The notes under the pieces: model-generated
The model's input: the letters and a program-made list of their open reading frames with translations, nothing else
Database searches by the model: none
Told to the model about the DNA's origin: nothing
Assembly: GCA_034660395.1 (NCBI GenBank)
Contig: JAYEJA010000054.1
Span: 1 to 62,779 of the forward strand
DNA from: Actinomycetota bacterium
GTDB lineage: Bacteria > Actinomycetota > Humimicrobiia > Humimicrobiales > Humimicrobiaceae
Length of the DNA stretch: 62,779 nt
Direction: 5' to 3'
Part shown: positions 1 through 10,297 of the stretch, one piece after another
Position numbering within the stretch: position 1 is the first letter of the stretch
Layout of the letters: every line of letters starts with the position of its first letter
Translations under genes and position numbers: made by a program

Positions 1-25
1 CGATTTTTCTTGTAGACTTACCCAT
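1..25 (-). CDS. N-terminus of a gene running off the left edge (MGKSTRKI...)
   Basis: AGGAG at 40-36, then ATG at 25 about 10 nt downstream; frame open to the window edge. Only 8 codons visible. Confidence 0.3.
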
Positions 26-94
26 AGAGCATATTCTCCTTTCTATTATCTTTTTTCTAATTGATAATATTTTACAGGAGGATATGCTCCTTTA

Positions 95-178
95 CTATTC
101 CAATCCACAACTTTTGATTATATCTCGGTATTTCCTGGAAAGGTCTTGTATTATTTTCTTGTCTTTTTCTTCAATCAT
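95..178 (-). pseudogene. Possible truncated remnant of a minimal nucleotidyltransferase (MNT)-type gene, leaderless start
   Basis: TG-A-TATAAT (193-185) lies 6 nt before ATG178. Peptide MIEEKDKKIIQDLSRKYRDIIKSCGLE* resembles MNT N-termini from memory but has no LFGS motif. Confidence 0.3.
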
Positions 179-278
179 AGCCATATTATATCATATTTGT
201 TTTTCATTTAGGTCTCATGGAATAAGAAAAAAGAAGATTTTAGATTTCAATATTTGCTTTTAAAGGTTAAAAGTACTA

Positions 279-304
279 GTCCGCTATGGCTGGCCATAGC
301 GGAC
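279..304. repeat. GC-rich perfect hairpin (REP-like or terminator-like)
   Basis: GTCCGCTATGGC-TG-GCCATAGCGGAC, 12-bp perfect arms in an AT-rich intergenic region. Confidence 0.7.
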
Positions 305-553
305 GAAGTTAGAACCAAATTATTGAGCCTGGATTAGGATATTTTTATACCTGAATTGATTTAAAAAGGTCATCTATATATTTCTAACTATATATATTGA
401 AAAGCTAATTCGATTGAAAGGTAGCAAAAGATTAAGTATTATTATAATAATGCTAATTTTATAAGATGTTCATAATTTATATTATACTTTACTTAATTTG
501 CTACATTGCCCAATTCAAATATTATTTCTCAACAGAGTGTTTATTAATTCGCT

Positions 554-1540
554 TTATTTCTCAGCAAAGTGATTAGCATTTTTAATAAACGATCGTTTAA
601 ACTTTTTATTATATACGCCGGGTAGCAGCTCTACTATTGCGATACCGACTTGCTTATTTGTTTTATCATAAATACCGCAAACTTGTTCAAAGTATCCAAT
701 ATTCATTTGTCCCTTAAACAGTGGTCTGATGTCATACTTACTATCCTTAATTTCGGGAATTGAAAGTGTCCATCCTGATGAAAATTTCAGCTCTTGCTCT
801 ACGATAAAATCCTTTGGAATAACTTTATAATCTACCAGTCTTTGTGTTGACCCATCTTTTCTGATATAGGTACCATCTTGATAATTGTTGTGTGGAAATG
901 TAAAGAGCATAATTTCTTCATCATCATAAAAGCGCAGTGAAAACCATTCCCAATGCGTTTTAGCTTTCATCAGACTATATGGACCTCCTTGTTTGTCAAA
1001 CCACGACTTTCCTCGGATTTTTCTCTCTTTTCCTTCAAAAATTATAGTGCCTTCAGTTGGCATATTGGTATAAGAATAGTATGATGTGCTCTCTTTTGTT
1101 TTGGCACTGCCCATCAATAGATAACCATTATCACAGTGCCAGATGGCTCCCTTGCCGTAATCAAGTGTTAGGTCAAGAGAAAACTCTGTATTCTCGCAGG
1201 TTATATGCATTCCTGTTTCGTTTTTTACGACCTTTGCATGCTTGCCGAATTGAATTGTTTTTTCGTTTATTAAAACATTTTTCCCCTTGCGATCAATTCG
1301 CTGAATGAAATGGTGTTTACCGCTAGCAAAATCTGTCAGAGCAAGGTGCAATACAAAGGGCCTAAATCCCATTATCGAAGGACGCATAACTGTAAATTGA
1401 TATGAATACATTTTTTCCTCTTCATCATGAAAATAGCCTGTTGCATACCACCACTCAGATATTTTTCTGTGACTTAACCATTCTTCTTCAAAAGTGCCGT
1501 GTTTTCTCTCATGATATGGTATTTCTTTAAATTTTCTCAT
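554..1540 (-). CDS. AttH/CrtC-like lipocalin-fold protein (predicted secreted-hydrolase family)
   Basis: EWWYATG, YSYQFT, SYYYSYT, G.SWFDKQ and WEWFSL motifs typical of the AttH/Lipocalin_9 two-barrel family. Confidence 0.75.
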   Translation of the reverse strand: MRKFKEIPYHERKHGTFEEEWLSHRKISEWWYATGYFHDEEEKMYSYQFTVMRPSIMGFRPFVLHLALTDFASGKHHFIQRIDRKGKNVLINEKTIQFGKHAKVVKNETGMHITCENTEFSLDLTLDYGKGAIWHCDNGYLLMGSAKTKESTSYYSYTNMPTEGTIIFEGKERKIRGKSWFDKQGGPYSLMKAKTHWEWFSLRFYDDEEIMLFTFPHNNYQDGTYIRKDGSTQRLVDYKVIPKDFIVEQELKFSSGWTLSIPEIKDSKYDIRPLFKGQMNIGYFEQVCGIYDKTNKQVGIAIVELLPGVYNKKFKRSFIKNANHFAEK

Positions 1541-1764
1541 TCAAATATTCCTTACCTTATTGGCTGATATTGTTTACACTAAAAATATTAGCTATTATTA
1601 TTTCATACTATATGAATTATAATATACACTGTGTCGGTTTAACAACAGGCAGTTGGTTATTATTTATACGTAATTATACATAAATATTCTTAATTGATTA
1701 TTATTTATTAAATATAGCTATTTTGTTCGCTAGCCGCTGAGCGAAGTCTTGAAAGAAAGGAAAT

Positions 1765-2319
1765 ATGGAAAGGAAAAAAGATCGCAGAGTAAAGTATACA
1801 AAGATTGTATTAACACAAAGTCTATTGCAGCTGATGCAAGAACAATCCATTCAAAAAATTACAGTGACTGATATTTGTAAAAGTGCAGATATAAACAGAA
1901 ACACTTTTTATTCGCATTATTCTAGCCCGTAGGATTTGCTTGGTATAATTGAAAATGAACTATTCAATCAAATAATGTTATCGTTTGACACCTCTAATGA
2001 TGCACAAACAGCAACACTCGAAATATGTCGATCAATTCGAGATAATCAAGAATTGTGCAAAATCATTTTTTCTGAAAACAGCGACAGGAAATTTATGAAG
2101 CGAGTAACGACTCTGGCGCAAAATAAATTTATTGCGGAATGGAAAACAATGTCTAAGCAGCATAACAATGATTTGCTAGAAAAAACATACATTTATACCG
2201 AAAATGGTACTACTGCTCTTATCCAAAATTGGATACTGAATGGTTTTAAAGAAAGCCCAGAGGAGATTGCTTCGTTTATTGATGAAATCAACAAAGTCGT
2301 GCTGCATACTTTGTTTTGA
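1765..2319 (+). pseudogene. TetR/AcrR family regulator with one in-frame TAG (1930-1932)
   Basis: SD AAAGG then ATG1765. MERKKDRRVKYTK...ITVTDICKSADINRNTFYSHYSSP*DLL continues in frame into ORF 1936-2319. Confidence 0.85.
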
Positions 2320-2470
2320 GTGCAGTTATAAAGTTATTTACTTTTATTGTGTAGTGTTTGCGCTAAGAAGAGAACTGCTTATGATTTTTAATCCATAAAC
2401 AGGCTTCTGATACTTGCTATATCCAAAGTATTGGTTTGTATTAGATTTATCAGAGAAAGGAAAAGGAGAA

Positions 2471-4900
2471 ATGAAGTTCAAACAAAAAAATAATGAAAAA
2501 CAACTGCGTCATCGGCTGGGTATTCCGGACGATGCTAAGCAGGTTTTGGTTTTTTCCGAATCGAGTCACTGGGATCCTAATTGGCTTCTTAAGTCCGAAG
2601 AATATTTTGAGCGATTTGTTCGGCATAACCTCAATTTCGCTATAGAAGAATTAATAAAGGAACCAAAGCGTATTTATTCAATTGAGTGCATATTCTTTTT
2701 GCGATTGTATTGGGAGCGTTATCCTAAAAAGCAAGAAATTGTTCGTGAATTAGTCAACAGCAAACGGTTGCGTTTAACCAGCAGTGGTGTTACAACTGCA
2801 GATACAATATTACCTAACACAGAAGCAATACTGCGCGACCTTGTCATCGGTCAGGAGTGGTTGCGTGAAAACGGGATGACACAAGAAACAAATCTTGCTT
2901 ATTTTGCAGATAGCTTCGGGTGCACACCGGCACTTCCGTCTCTCATAAAAGCAGCAGGATTTGAATGCGCTGCTATAACCCGTGTCGATGGGATGTATTT
3001 TATGGGTTGCGATTTGGAACCTAAAAAACGATTTCCAAGACAAAATTCTACAGCTGAACAACTGTTAATAAAAGAGCGTAGTCTAGATTTTGTTTGGCGT
3101 GATATGAATGGTGCACAAGTATTGTGCCACTGGAATGCTTTCACTTATGGGCAAGGTGATATGCTAGCCTATAGAGGGGCGAGCCGCGTATATCTTTTTC
3201 GTGTTGCATTTTCTGTACGATCAGATCACCATATAGCATATCGTATCAAACAATATGTCAAGAAGCTTTCAAATTACAGTAGAACGCCATATATGCTCTG
3301 TCCCATCGGTTTTGATTTTGTGGAGCCAATTCCCGATCTTGTAGCACTACTTGATAGATATAATCAAAACCATTATCCGAAAACAGGAGTTTGGGCAATT
3401 AATGCCGGCATGGACGATTATCTTGCGCTTGTCGGTTATCACGAAGGCAAGCTGCCCGTGTTACAACTTGATCCAAATCCTTATTGAACCGGTTTTTATA
3501 CGGCTCGTCCGGTTCTTAAGCGGCAATGCCGCAAACTTATCGACAACCTGCTGCTGGCTGAAAAGTTGTCGTTTTTACCTGACAACGATGCTACGAATAA
3601 GACCATCTCTTCTAAGCTTAAAGATGCGTGGTGGCAGGCGGCTGTTTCAAATCATCATGATTTTATCGCAGGTACGTCTCCGGATAGGGTGGTTGAAGAA
3701 GAACAAATGCCTATGCTTGCACAGGCTGCCGATTCGGTAGAATTGATTATAGATCGCTGCAAATATGATTCAACTGAAACTGATGTGCAAAAAAGCAGTT
3801 CTGAATCTTTGGTGTGGACTCAGAAAAATGGCATAATTCAAATAAAGACCATGCACTATGATATAAAGCTGGATAAAAATCGCGGAGGAACAATTATTCA
3901 TTTTAAATCTCACGGCTCAAAAACGCAGTGCAATACAGATATCTCTGCCGAGCTTGTCAGCTATCGTGATTCGGGAGGGCTGTGGCGCATGGGGTTTGAG
4001 TTTGCCGGAGGAATCTGGAAAGAATCCATGAAAGCAAGTATTTATTCGGAGAATACGCAAATAAAAGAACATGGTAACGGCTTGGAGATTATCGGCACCG
4101 CAAAACTAAATGGAGAAGCGATTGTTCATCGAATGTGGTTTGTTAATGATTCGCCTGTTATTTATTGCCGCAGCGAAGGAATGGCTGCAAAAAAGCATTC
4201 TGTTACCGTCCGTTTTAAAACCAGTATATTCGCAAATAGCCTGGCAATGGATTCACCCGGCGGCGTTGTCGTTCGTCCGCTAAAACGTATATACAACCCA
4301 ACCTTTTGGCCGTATCAGAGTTTTGTTCACCTACAGGATGATAGCACTGAGCACGGCATTGCATTTCTTGCGCCTTTACCGGGGGCGATTTCTTATCAAC
4401 CGGACGGGCAAATTGAGCTGGTTGCCATGCGTAATGCTACAAAAGAGAAAATATTTGGTTTTATTGCTATTCCCGGCAATCCCGCATATGGTCACGAGCG
4501 AGAGAGTTATACTTTTGAGTATGCATTTTTGTTTACTCAAAAAGGTGATTGGCGAGATAATAAAATCCATCTAAAAGCACACAGCATTGGCACAAATCCA
4601 TGGTCATCTTCAATAGATACATGTATGAGTAAACTTGCAGACTCTATTGTCACAACCAACACCCACGATGTTTGGGTGGCAGCGGTCAAGCCCACCTCCC
4701 GTGGCAAAGGAATTATAGTTCGATTGAATGCATATAGCTTATCTAGATCAAGAGTGCAGGTTGTGGCTCATCATTTCATGGTAAAAAAAGCTTTTCTGTG
4801 TGATGCGCGAGAACGTGATATTAAATCTCTCGAAGTAATCAACGGCAATGTGCAATTTGAAATGCTTGGTACGGTTACTACGATTAGATTGATGTTATAA
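2471..4900 (+). pseudogene. GH38 alpha-mannosidase-like glycoside hydrolase with one in-frame TGA (3485-3487)
   Basis: SD AAGGAG then ATG2471; SHWDPNW metal motif, ADSFG nucleophile motif, HHDFIAGT. PY*TGFYTARP matches the GH38 YWTG..TSRP motif, and ORFs 2414-3487 and 3566-4900 are in the same frame. Confidence 0.85.
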
Positions 4901-5046
4901 TGAATAATAATAGAGCTTTTTTTGTGATATAGTTCCGATTTCGTTAACTATCCCCTTTTATGTGCGATATAGTACATATTATGGCGATAATGGGAATTAT
5001 TAACAGAATTTCAATTGATTATATAGACATGACATACATACCGAAT

Positions 5047-5120
5047 TGGCTGGGGAGGGAGGGTTCGAACCTCCGATCACGGGTCCAAGGCCCGTTGCCT
5101 TACCACTTGGCTACTCCCCA
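5047..5120 (-). tRNA. tRNA-Gln(TTG), CCA encoded, atypical C33
   Basis: U1-A72 acceptor TGGGGAG/CTCCCCA, G73; anticodon arm ACGGG-CCTTGGA-CCCGT; T arm GGAGG-TTCGAAC-CCTCC. Lies downstream of ispE. Confidence 0.9.
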
Positions 5121-5214
5121 TTAAAACTAATAAATTCTATAACAGTGCCTGCTAAAATTCAAATTTGAAAGAAGTTATAAATATATGAGGTTATTTCATC
5201 TATCACGATATATA

Positions 5215-6132
5215 TTAACCATGAACCGTCAAACTGCTGGGGGTGGTGTGGGATAAAAATACCTTTGAAGTTACTTTCCTTAAACCCTTATACACATCAA
5301 TCGCCGTCCTTAAATCATTACAGAACGCGAACACCGTAGGGCCGCTTCCAGTCATCTGGGTAGCAATTGCCCCCAGCTTATGTGCTTTATCCTTTATCCC
5401 CTGTATCCTTTTATCTTCTACTGCTACGACTTCCTCCAGGTCATTTCTCAATCTTTGAAAAAAACTGGCAAATCTATCCTTTGCAATATTACTAACGAGT
5501 TCCGTGTGTATAGACTCTCTTTCTTCACCTGCCAGGTCAAATTTTCCATAAACATCTTTAGACAGGAACTTTTCTCCATCCGTGGCAAGTATTATCCAGT
5601 AAAAAGGAAGATGCGGAAGTTTGGAAAGCTTCTCTCCCCTGCCCTCGGCAAGAATCGTCCCTCCCCTTAAGCAGAAAGGTACATCCGAACCCACTTCTCC
5701 AGCCAGGATCATTAAATCTCCTATATCTATTTTAAGGCCAGATAATTCATTCATCGCAACCAGGGTCGCGGCTGCATTGGTGCTGCCTCCGGCAAGGCCC
5801 GCACATACCGGAATATGCTTCTCTATATTTATATTTACAATATATTTTCCCCTAAGATTATATTTATCCAGAATCAGCGCTGCTGCCTTGTGAACAAGGT
5901 TTTTCTCATCAAGGGGAATATCTTCATTATTGCAGGTTATGTAGATGCCGTTATTTTCCGGCGAACTGGAACTGCCATTCCTTTTGGATATACCAAAGGT
6001 AAGCTCGTCTGAAAGACTTATACTCTGCATTATGGATTTAATTTCATGAAAGCCGTCATTCCTGCCGTTTTTGGATACATTAAGATATAGATTTATTTTC
6101 CCTGAAGCCCTAAGTTTTATAGTATTTTTCAT
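5215..6132 (-). CDS. ispE: 4-diphosphocytidyl-2-C-methyl-D-erythritol kinase
   Basis: KINLYL, KHIPVCAGLAGGS, GSDVPF and MTGSGPTVF GHMP motifs. Confidence 0.95.
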   Translation of the reverse strand: MKNTIKLRASGKINLYLNVSKNGRNDGFHEIKSIMQSISLSDELTFGISKRNGSSSSPENNGIYITCNNEDIPLDEKNLVHKAAALILDKYNLRGKYIVNINIEKHIPVCAGLAGGSTNAAATLVAMNELSGLKIDIGDLMILAGEVGSDVPFCLRGGTILAEGRGEKLSKLPHLPFYWIILATDGEKFLSKDVYGKFDLAGEERESIHTELVSNIAKDRFASFFQRLRNDLEEVVAVEDKRIQGIKDKAHKLGAIATQMTGSGPTVFAFCNDLRTAIDVYKGLRKVTSKVFLSHTTPSSLTVHG

Positions 6133-6175
6133 ATTTTATCAGCTTTATAATAACACAATTATCTCATATTATATA

Positions 6176-7045
6176 TTACAGGTTCCTGTAAAGGTAAATA
6201 TAGTCTTTTAATGTTAACTCCTCTGCCCTTATATTCCTGTCCTTACCAATACCGGTTAGCAATTTTATAATGAATTCCACATTATCGCAATATTTACTAT
6301 TTTTCTGCGATAATGAGTTAATAAGCTTCTTTCTCCTGTGAAGAAAGCAGGCGTTTATAAAATCAAAAAAACCGTCCCTATCGAAGCTATCATCCAATAA
6401 ACTGCTGTTATCTTTCCTTTTTACCTCTATCACCCATGAATCCACGAAAGGTCTGGGGATAAAACAATTCCGGGGAATCTGGAAGCAGAATTTATAATCC
6501 GCCAGAAAGTTTGCCTTTACCGTATATGAACTGTAATTTTTATCTCCCACCGAGGCAAGCAGCCTTTCCGCGATATCCTTCTGGACAGTTAAAATCATCT
6601 TTTCTATGGTCTCCGCCTCCATTATCATTTTCAGGAGCAGGACCGCCCCGATACTGTATGGAAGATTCGATACTACCATGCCTGTTTTATATCTTAAAGC
6701 CAGCTCCCTGTAATCAAGTTTTAAAGCATCCGCATGGATTAACTCTAATTTTAAACTATCTATAAGCTCGCTTTTAAATATATCCCTGAATGCTTTTACA
6801 AGCAGCTTATCAAACTCCACGCATACTACCTTTTTTGCCTTTTTCGTTAAAATTTCTGTTAGCCCGCCAATACCGCTCCCTACCTCAAGTACTATATCTT
6901 CCGGGCTGATTCCGGCGCGCTCTACTATCTTTTTTGCGTTATTGGTATCTATTAGGAAGTTTTGCCCCAGGCTTTTTTTTAGCTTTATTCCATACCTTGC
7001 TAAAATCTTTACCGTATTTCCGGGAGAGCTTATATATGAATGCAT
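6176..7045 (-). CDS. rsmA: 16S rRNA (A1518/A1519) dimethyltransferase
   Basis: KKSLGQNFL, VLEVGSGIGGLT, VSNLPYSI and F.PRP.VDS motifs. Confidence 0.95.
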   Translation of the reverse strand: MHSYISSPGNTVKILARYGIKLKKSLGQNFLIDTNNAKKIVERAGISPEDIVLEVGSGIGGLTEILTKKAKKVVCVEFDKLLVKAFRDIFKSELIDSLKLELIHADALKLDYRELALRYKTGMVVSNLPYSIGAVLLLKMIMEAETIEKMILTVQKDIAERLLASVGDKNYSSYTVKANFLADYKFCFQIPRNCFIPRPFVDSWVIEVKRKDNSSLLDDSFDRDGFFDFINACFLHRRKKLINSLSQKNSKYCDNVEFIIKLLTGIGKDRNIRAEELTLKDYIYLYRNL

Positions 7046-7054
7046 ATTTATAAG

Positions 7055-7855
7055 TTAATTATTTTTTATTAAAGAAAAGAAATTCTCTGCGTTCTCTGAT
7101 GTAATCTCTGCAACCTTCTCAATGCTTAAACCCTTTATTTCAGCAATTTTTTCGGCTACATATTTTACATAACCCGGGTAATTTTCACTGCCCCTCTTTG
7201 CCTGCGGAGCCAGGAAAGGAGAATCGGTCTCTATGAATATCCTCTCAAGGGGGACTTCTTTTACGACATTAAGGACATCACCGGCATTTGGAAAGGTAAC
7301 AATGCCCGTAAAGGAAATATATAGCCCGAGCTCAAAACACTTCTCCGCAAAATTCATATCACCGGAAAAGCAATGGACCACAGCCCTGAATTTCTTATTC
7401 CCCGCATATTTTTTTACCACTTCAAGAGTCTTTAAGTGCGCATCCCTGTCATGGATTATCACCGGTACATCATATTTTATTGCCAGCTCTATCTGGGAAC
7501 TGAATGCTCTTTCCATATCCGCTTCGGTGCTTAAATTCCTGTAAAAATCAAAGCCGGTCTCTCCGACTGCCACAACCTTTTCGTATCTTCCGCCGCCTCC
7601 AGCACCCCTTATTAAGGAATCAAGGGTCTTTATCTCTTTATCCTTAAAACCTGAAGCATAATGGGGATGAACTCCCACACTGGCAAATACATTATCAAAT
7701 TTTTCCGCAAACTCCAGTGACTTCCTGCTGCTCTCTATGGTGGTGCCGACATTTATAATATATTTAACCCCCTCATCTTCAGATTTTTTTACGGTCTCTT
7801 CAGGAGTTAGCTCCTTTAGCATATCGATATGTGCGTGGGTGTCTATAAAATACAT
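7055..7855 (-). CDS. tatD: TatD family nuclease/hydrolase
   Basis: IDTHAH, VGVHPH, VGETGFD, HCFSG and IETDSPFLAP motifs. Confidence 0.92.
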   Translation of the reverse strand: MYFIDTHAHIDMLKELTPEETVKKSEDEGVKYIINVGTTIESSRKSLEFAEKFDNVFASVGVHPHYASGFKDKEIKTLDSLIRGAGGGGRYEKVVAVGETGFDFYRNLSTEADMERAFSSQIELAIKYDVPVIIHDRDAHLKTLEVVKKYAGNKKFRAVVHCFSGDMNFAEKCFELGLYISFTGIVTFPNAGDVLNVVKEVPLERIFIETDSPFLAPQAKRGSENYPGYVKYVAEKIAEIKGLSIEKVAEITSENAENFFSLIKNN

Positions 7856-7874
7856 AATATTATCCGGTTAATTG

Positions 7875-9416
7875 TTATCGGTTGTTTTTATCATCTATCC
7901 TGGGGAAAAGTATCTCTCTTTCTCCAACCCTGCTTCCGCCTTCAAAACTGCCCCATACTCCATCCTTCTCAATGGTAATCTTTTCAATATCTTCTTTTAT
8001 ACCAAGCTGTGAAAATATCTTCCGGCCTGCCGAAGGAATAAAGGGGATAAGTAAGATGGTTGCCAGTCTTGCCACTTCCACCACTCCGTAAAGCACTGCG
8101 TCAAGCTTTCTCTTGCTCTCATCATCCTGGTTTTTTGCAAGAACCCATGGCTGGCTGTCCTCTATATGCTTATTTGCCATGTTTATAAATTCAGAGACAC
8201 CGGCAAGATATTCCGGGAACCTGAACTCAGCCATATACCCCTCTACCTCTTTTTTAAGCTCATCCCATCTATTTTTGAAAGCTTCATTTAAAGTACTTTT
8301 TGGTATTATTCCGTCCCGGTATTTATTTATCATGGCAACTGTCCTGGAAACGAGATTTCCGATATCATTGCTTAAGTCAGAATTATATCTGCGTATAAAA
8401 GCTTCAGGGGTAAAAGAGCCGTCCTGCCCGAATGATATTTCCCTGGTCAAAAAATACCTTATGCCGTCCACCCCGAATTTTTCCGACAGCTCATCCGGGT
8501 CAAGGGTAATTCCCTTTGATTTTGACAGCTTTTCCTTACCCATCATCAGCCATCCGTGAACTACAATCTGTCCCGGCAGCTCCAATCCGAGGGACATAAG
8601 CATTGCAGGCCATATTATGGCGTGAAACTTCAGAATATCCTTTCCAATATGGTGCTGGTCGGCAGGCCATAAGCTGTCAAACAACTTCTGGCCATCAGTG
8701 CCGTAACCGAGAGCCGAAATATAATTTATAAGGGCATCCACCCATACATAACAGTAATGTCCGGGGTCAAAAGTTATGGGAACCCCCCATTTAACCGTAG
8801 TCCTTGAAACGCTTATATCCCTGAGCCCCTGTTTCAGGATTCCAAGTACCTCATTTTTCCTTGTTTCAGGGACTATGAAATCCGGGTTCTTCTCAATATG
8901 CTCTATAATCCTTTTTTCATATTTTGACAGCTTAAAGAAATAATTCTCTTCTTTTACATATTCCACATCCCTGTGACACTGCGGGCACTTGCCATCTACA
9001 AGCTGGGAATCAGGCAGAAATGTCTCGCAGTAAACACAGTAACTGCCCTCATAGGTACTCTTGTAGAGGTCCCCGTTATCCTTAAGTTTCCCCAGTACGT
9101 TCTGGACCACTTTTTCATGCTTTTTATCCGTCGTCCTTATATAATAATCGTTGCTTATGTCATATAGTTTCAAAAGTCTTTTCATATCACCGGCCATCGT
9201 ATCCACATATTCCTGCGGGCTGACTCCTTTATCCACTGCGCTCTTATTTATTTTCTGCCCATGCTCATCCGCACCGGTAAGAAAAAATGTATCCTTACCC
9301 ATAAGTCTCTGAAATCTTACCACTGTATCCGCAAGTATGAATTCATAAATCTGACCAAGATGCAGCTTGGCATTCATGTAAGGAATCGCGGTCGTGATAT
9401 AAAATTTTTTACTCAA
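7875..9416 (-). CDS. metG: Methionine-tRNA ligase (short form, no C-terminal tRNA-binding appendix)
   Basis: FYITTAIPYMN, HLGQ (HIGH-like), GADEHGQK, CVYC/CPQC knuckle, KLSKS; TTG start after GGAG. Confidence 0.95.
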   Translation of the reverse strand: MSKKFYITTAIPYMNAKLHLGQIYEFILADTVVRFQRLMGKDTFFLTGADEHGQKINKSAVDKGVSPQEYVDTMAGDMKRLLKLYDISNDYYIRTTDKKHEKVVQNVLGKLKDNGDLYKSTYEGSYCVYCETFLPDSQLVDGKCPQCHRDVEYVKEENYFFKLSKYEKRIIEHIEKNPDFIVPETRKNEVLGILKQGLRDISVSRTTVKWGVPITFDPGHYCYVWVDALINYISALGYGTDGQKLFDSLWPADQHHIGKDILKFHAIIWPAMLMSLGLELPGQIVVHGWLMMGKEKLSKSKGITLDPDELSEKFGVDGIRYFLTREISFGQDGSFTPEAFIRRYNSDLSNDIGNLVSRTVAMINKYRDGIIPKSTLNEAFKNRWDELKKEVEGYMAEFRFPEYLAGVSEFINMANKHIEDSQPWVLAKNQDDESKRKLDAVLYGVVEVARLATILLIPFIPSAGRKIFSQLGIKEDIEKITIEKDGVWGSFEGGSRVGEREILFPRIDDKNNR

Positions 9417-9466
9417 TTAAAGCTCCAGTATCATTTTTTATTATAATAACCATATAACGGTGCAAC

Positions 9467-10297
9467 TTAGATTTTCGTTGCAATATTATACAATCTTTGT
9501 TTATCTATGTCATACTTGGAACGTATAATCTTAAGGGCACCCTTTTTGGAAATACCCTGCTTCATTAACTTCATTATCTCATTTTTTATATCTTCGCCTG
9601 AGAAGTTTTTTATAAGTTCATTTTTATGCCCGGAGACAACAAGCACTATTTCTCCCTTTATTTTTTTTGCTTTTATCTTCTTAAGGATGCTTTCTAAATT
9701 ACCCCTTATGGCTTCCTCATATATTTTAGAAATTTCCCTCACGAGCGCTGCATCCCTGTTCCCGAACCTTTCAATAATTTCCCCTAAAAGCTTTTCTATC
9801 CTCTTTGGTGATTCGTAAAATATAATGGTATATGGCAGTGGCGCCAGCTCCATTATTTTACTCTTTCTTTTTGCCTTAGATTTCGGCAAAAACCCTTCAA
9901 AAAGGAAACTGTCGGTAGCAAGCCCCGAAAGGACCAGGGCGCTTAATGCGGCATTGGGGCCGGGTATTACGGTTACGGTAATATCCTTTTTTATACATTC
10001 ATTTATTATCCTGTATCCCGGGTCCTGAATTGCAGGAAGGCCCGATTCCGAAACCAGGGAAACATCCTTCCCTGCTTCAAGCTTATCTACTATTCGGGGG
10101 ATTCTCTCTTTATAGTTATAGTCGTTATAGCTTATGATATCCTTTTTGGAAATATCGTATCTTCCAAGCAGCTTTTTTATGGTTCTTGTATCCTCGGCTA
10201 CAATTAAGTCTGCCTCCCTTAGCGTTCTTAGGAGCCTTAAACTTACGTCTTCAAGGTTTCCTATGGGTGTGGCACATATATATAATTTACCGCTAAT
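9467..10297 (-). CDS. rsmI: 16S rRNA C1402 2'-O-methyltransferase, apparent ATT start codon
   Basis: Frame of ORF 9467-9889 stays open upstream through (I)SGKLYICATPIGNLED..AEDTR..VSESGLPAIQDPG..IPGPNA. GGAGG (10308-10304) is 6 nt before ATT10297, and no ATG/GTG/TTG occurs before the in-frame TAA at 10324-10322. Confidence 0.9.
   Translation of the reverse strand: MSGKLYICATPIGNLEDVSLRLLRTLREADLIVAEDTRTIKKLLGRYDISKKDIISYNDYNYKERIPRIVDKLEAGKDVSLVSESGLPAIQDPGYRIINECIKKDITVTVIPGPNAALSALVLSGLATDSFLFEGFLPKSKAKRKSKIMELAPLPYTIIFYESPKRIEKLLGEIIERFGNRDAALVREISKIYEEAIRGNLESILKKIKAKKIKGEIVLVVSGHKNELIKNFSGEDIKNEIMKLMKQGISKKGALKIIRSKYDIDKQRLYNIATKI

Noticed and set aside
270-390. Integron attC site
   Set aside because: GTTAGAAC and TTCTAAC are in the wrong order around the hairpin, no R' GTT closes the stem, and there is no integrase or cassette array.
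1-5046. att-site duplication of the tRNA-Gln 3' end or an integrase
   Set aside because: Not seen in this window; it may lie beyond the left edge.
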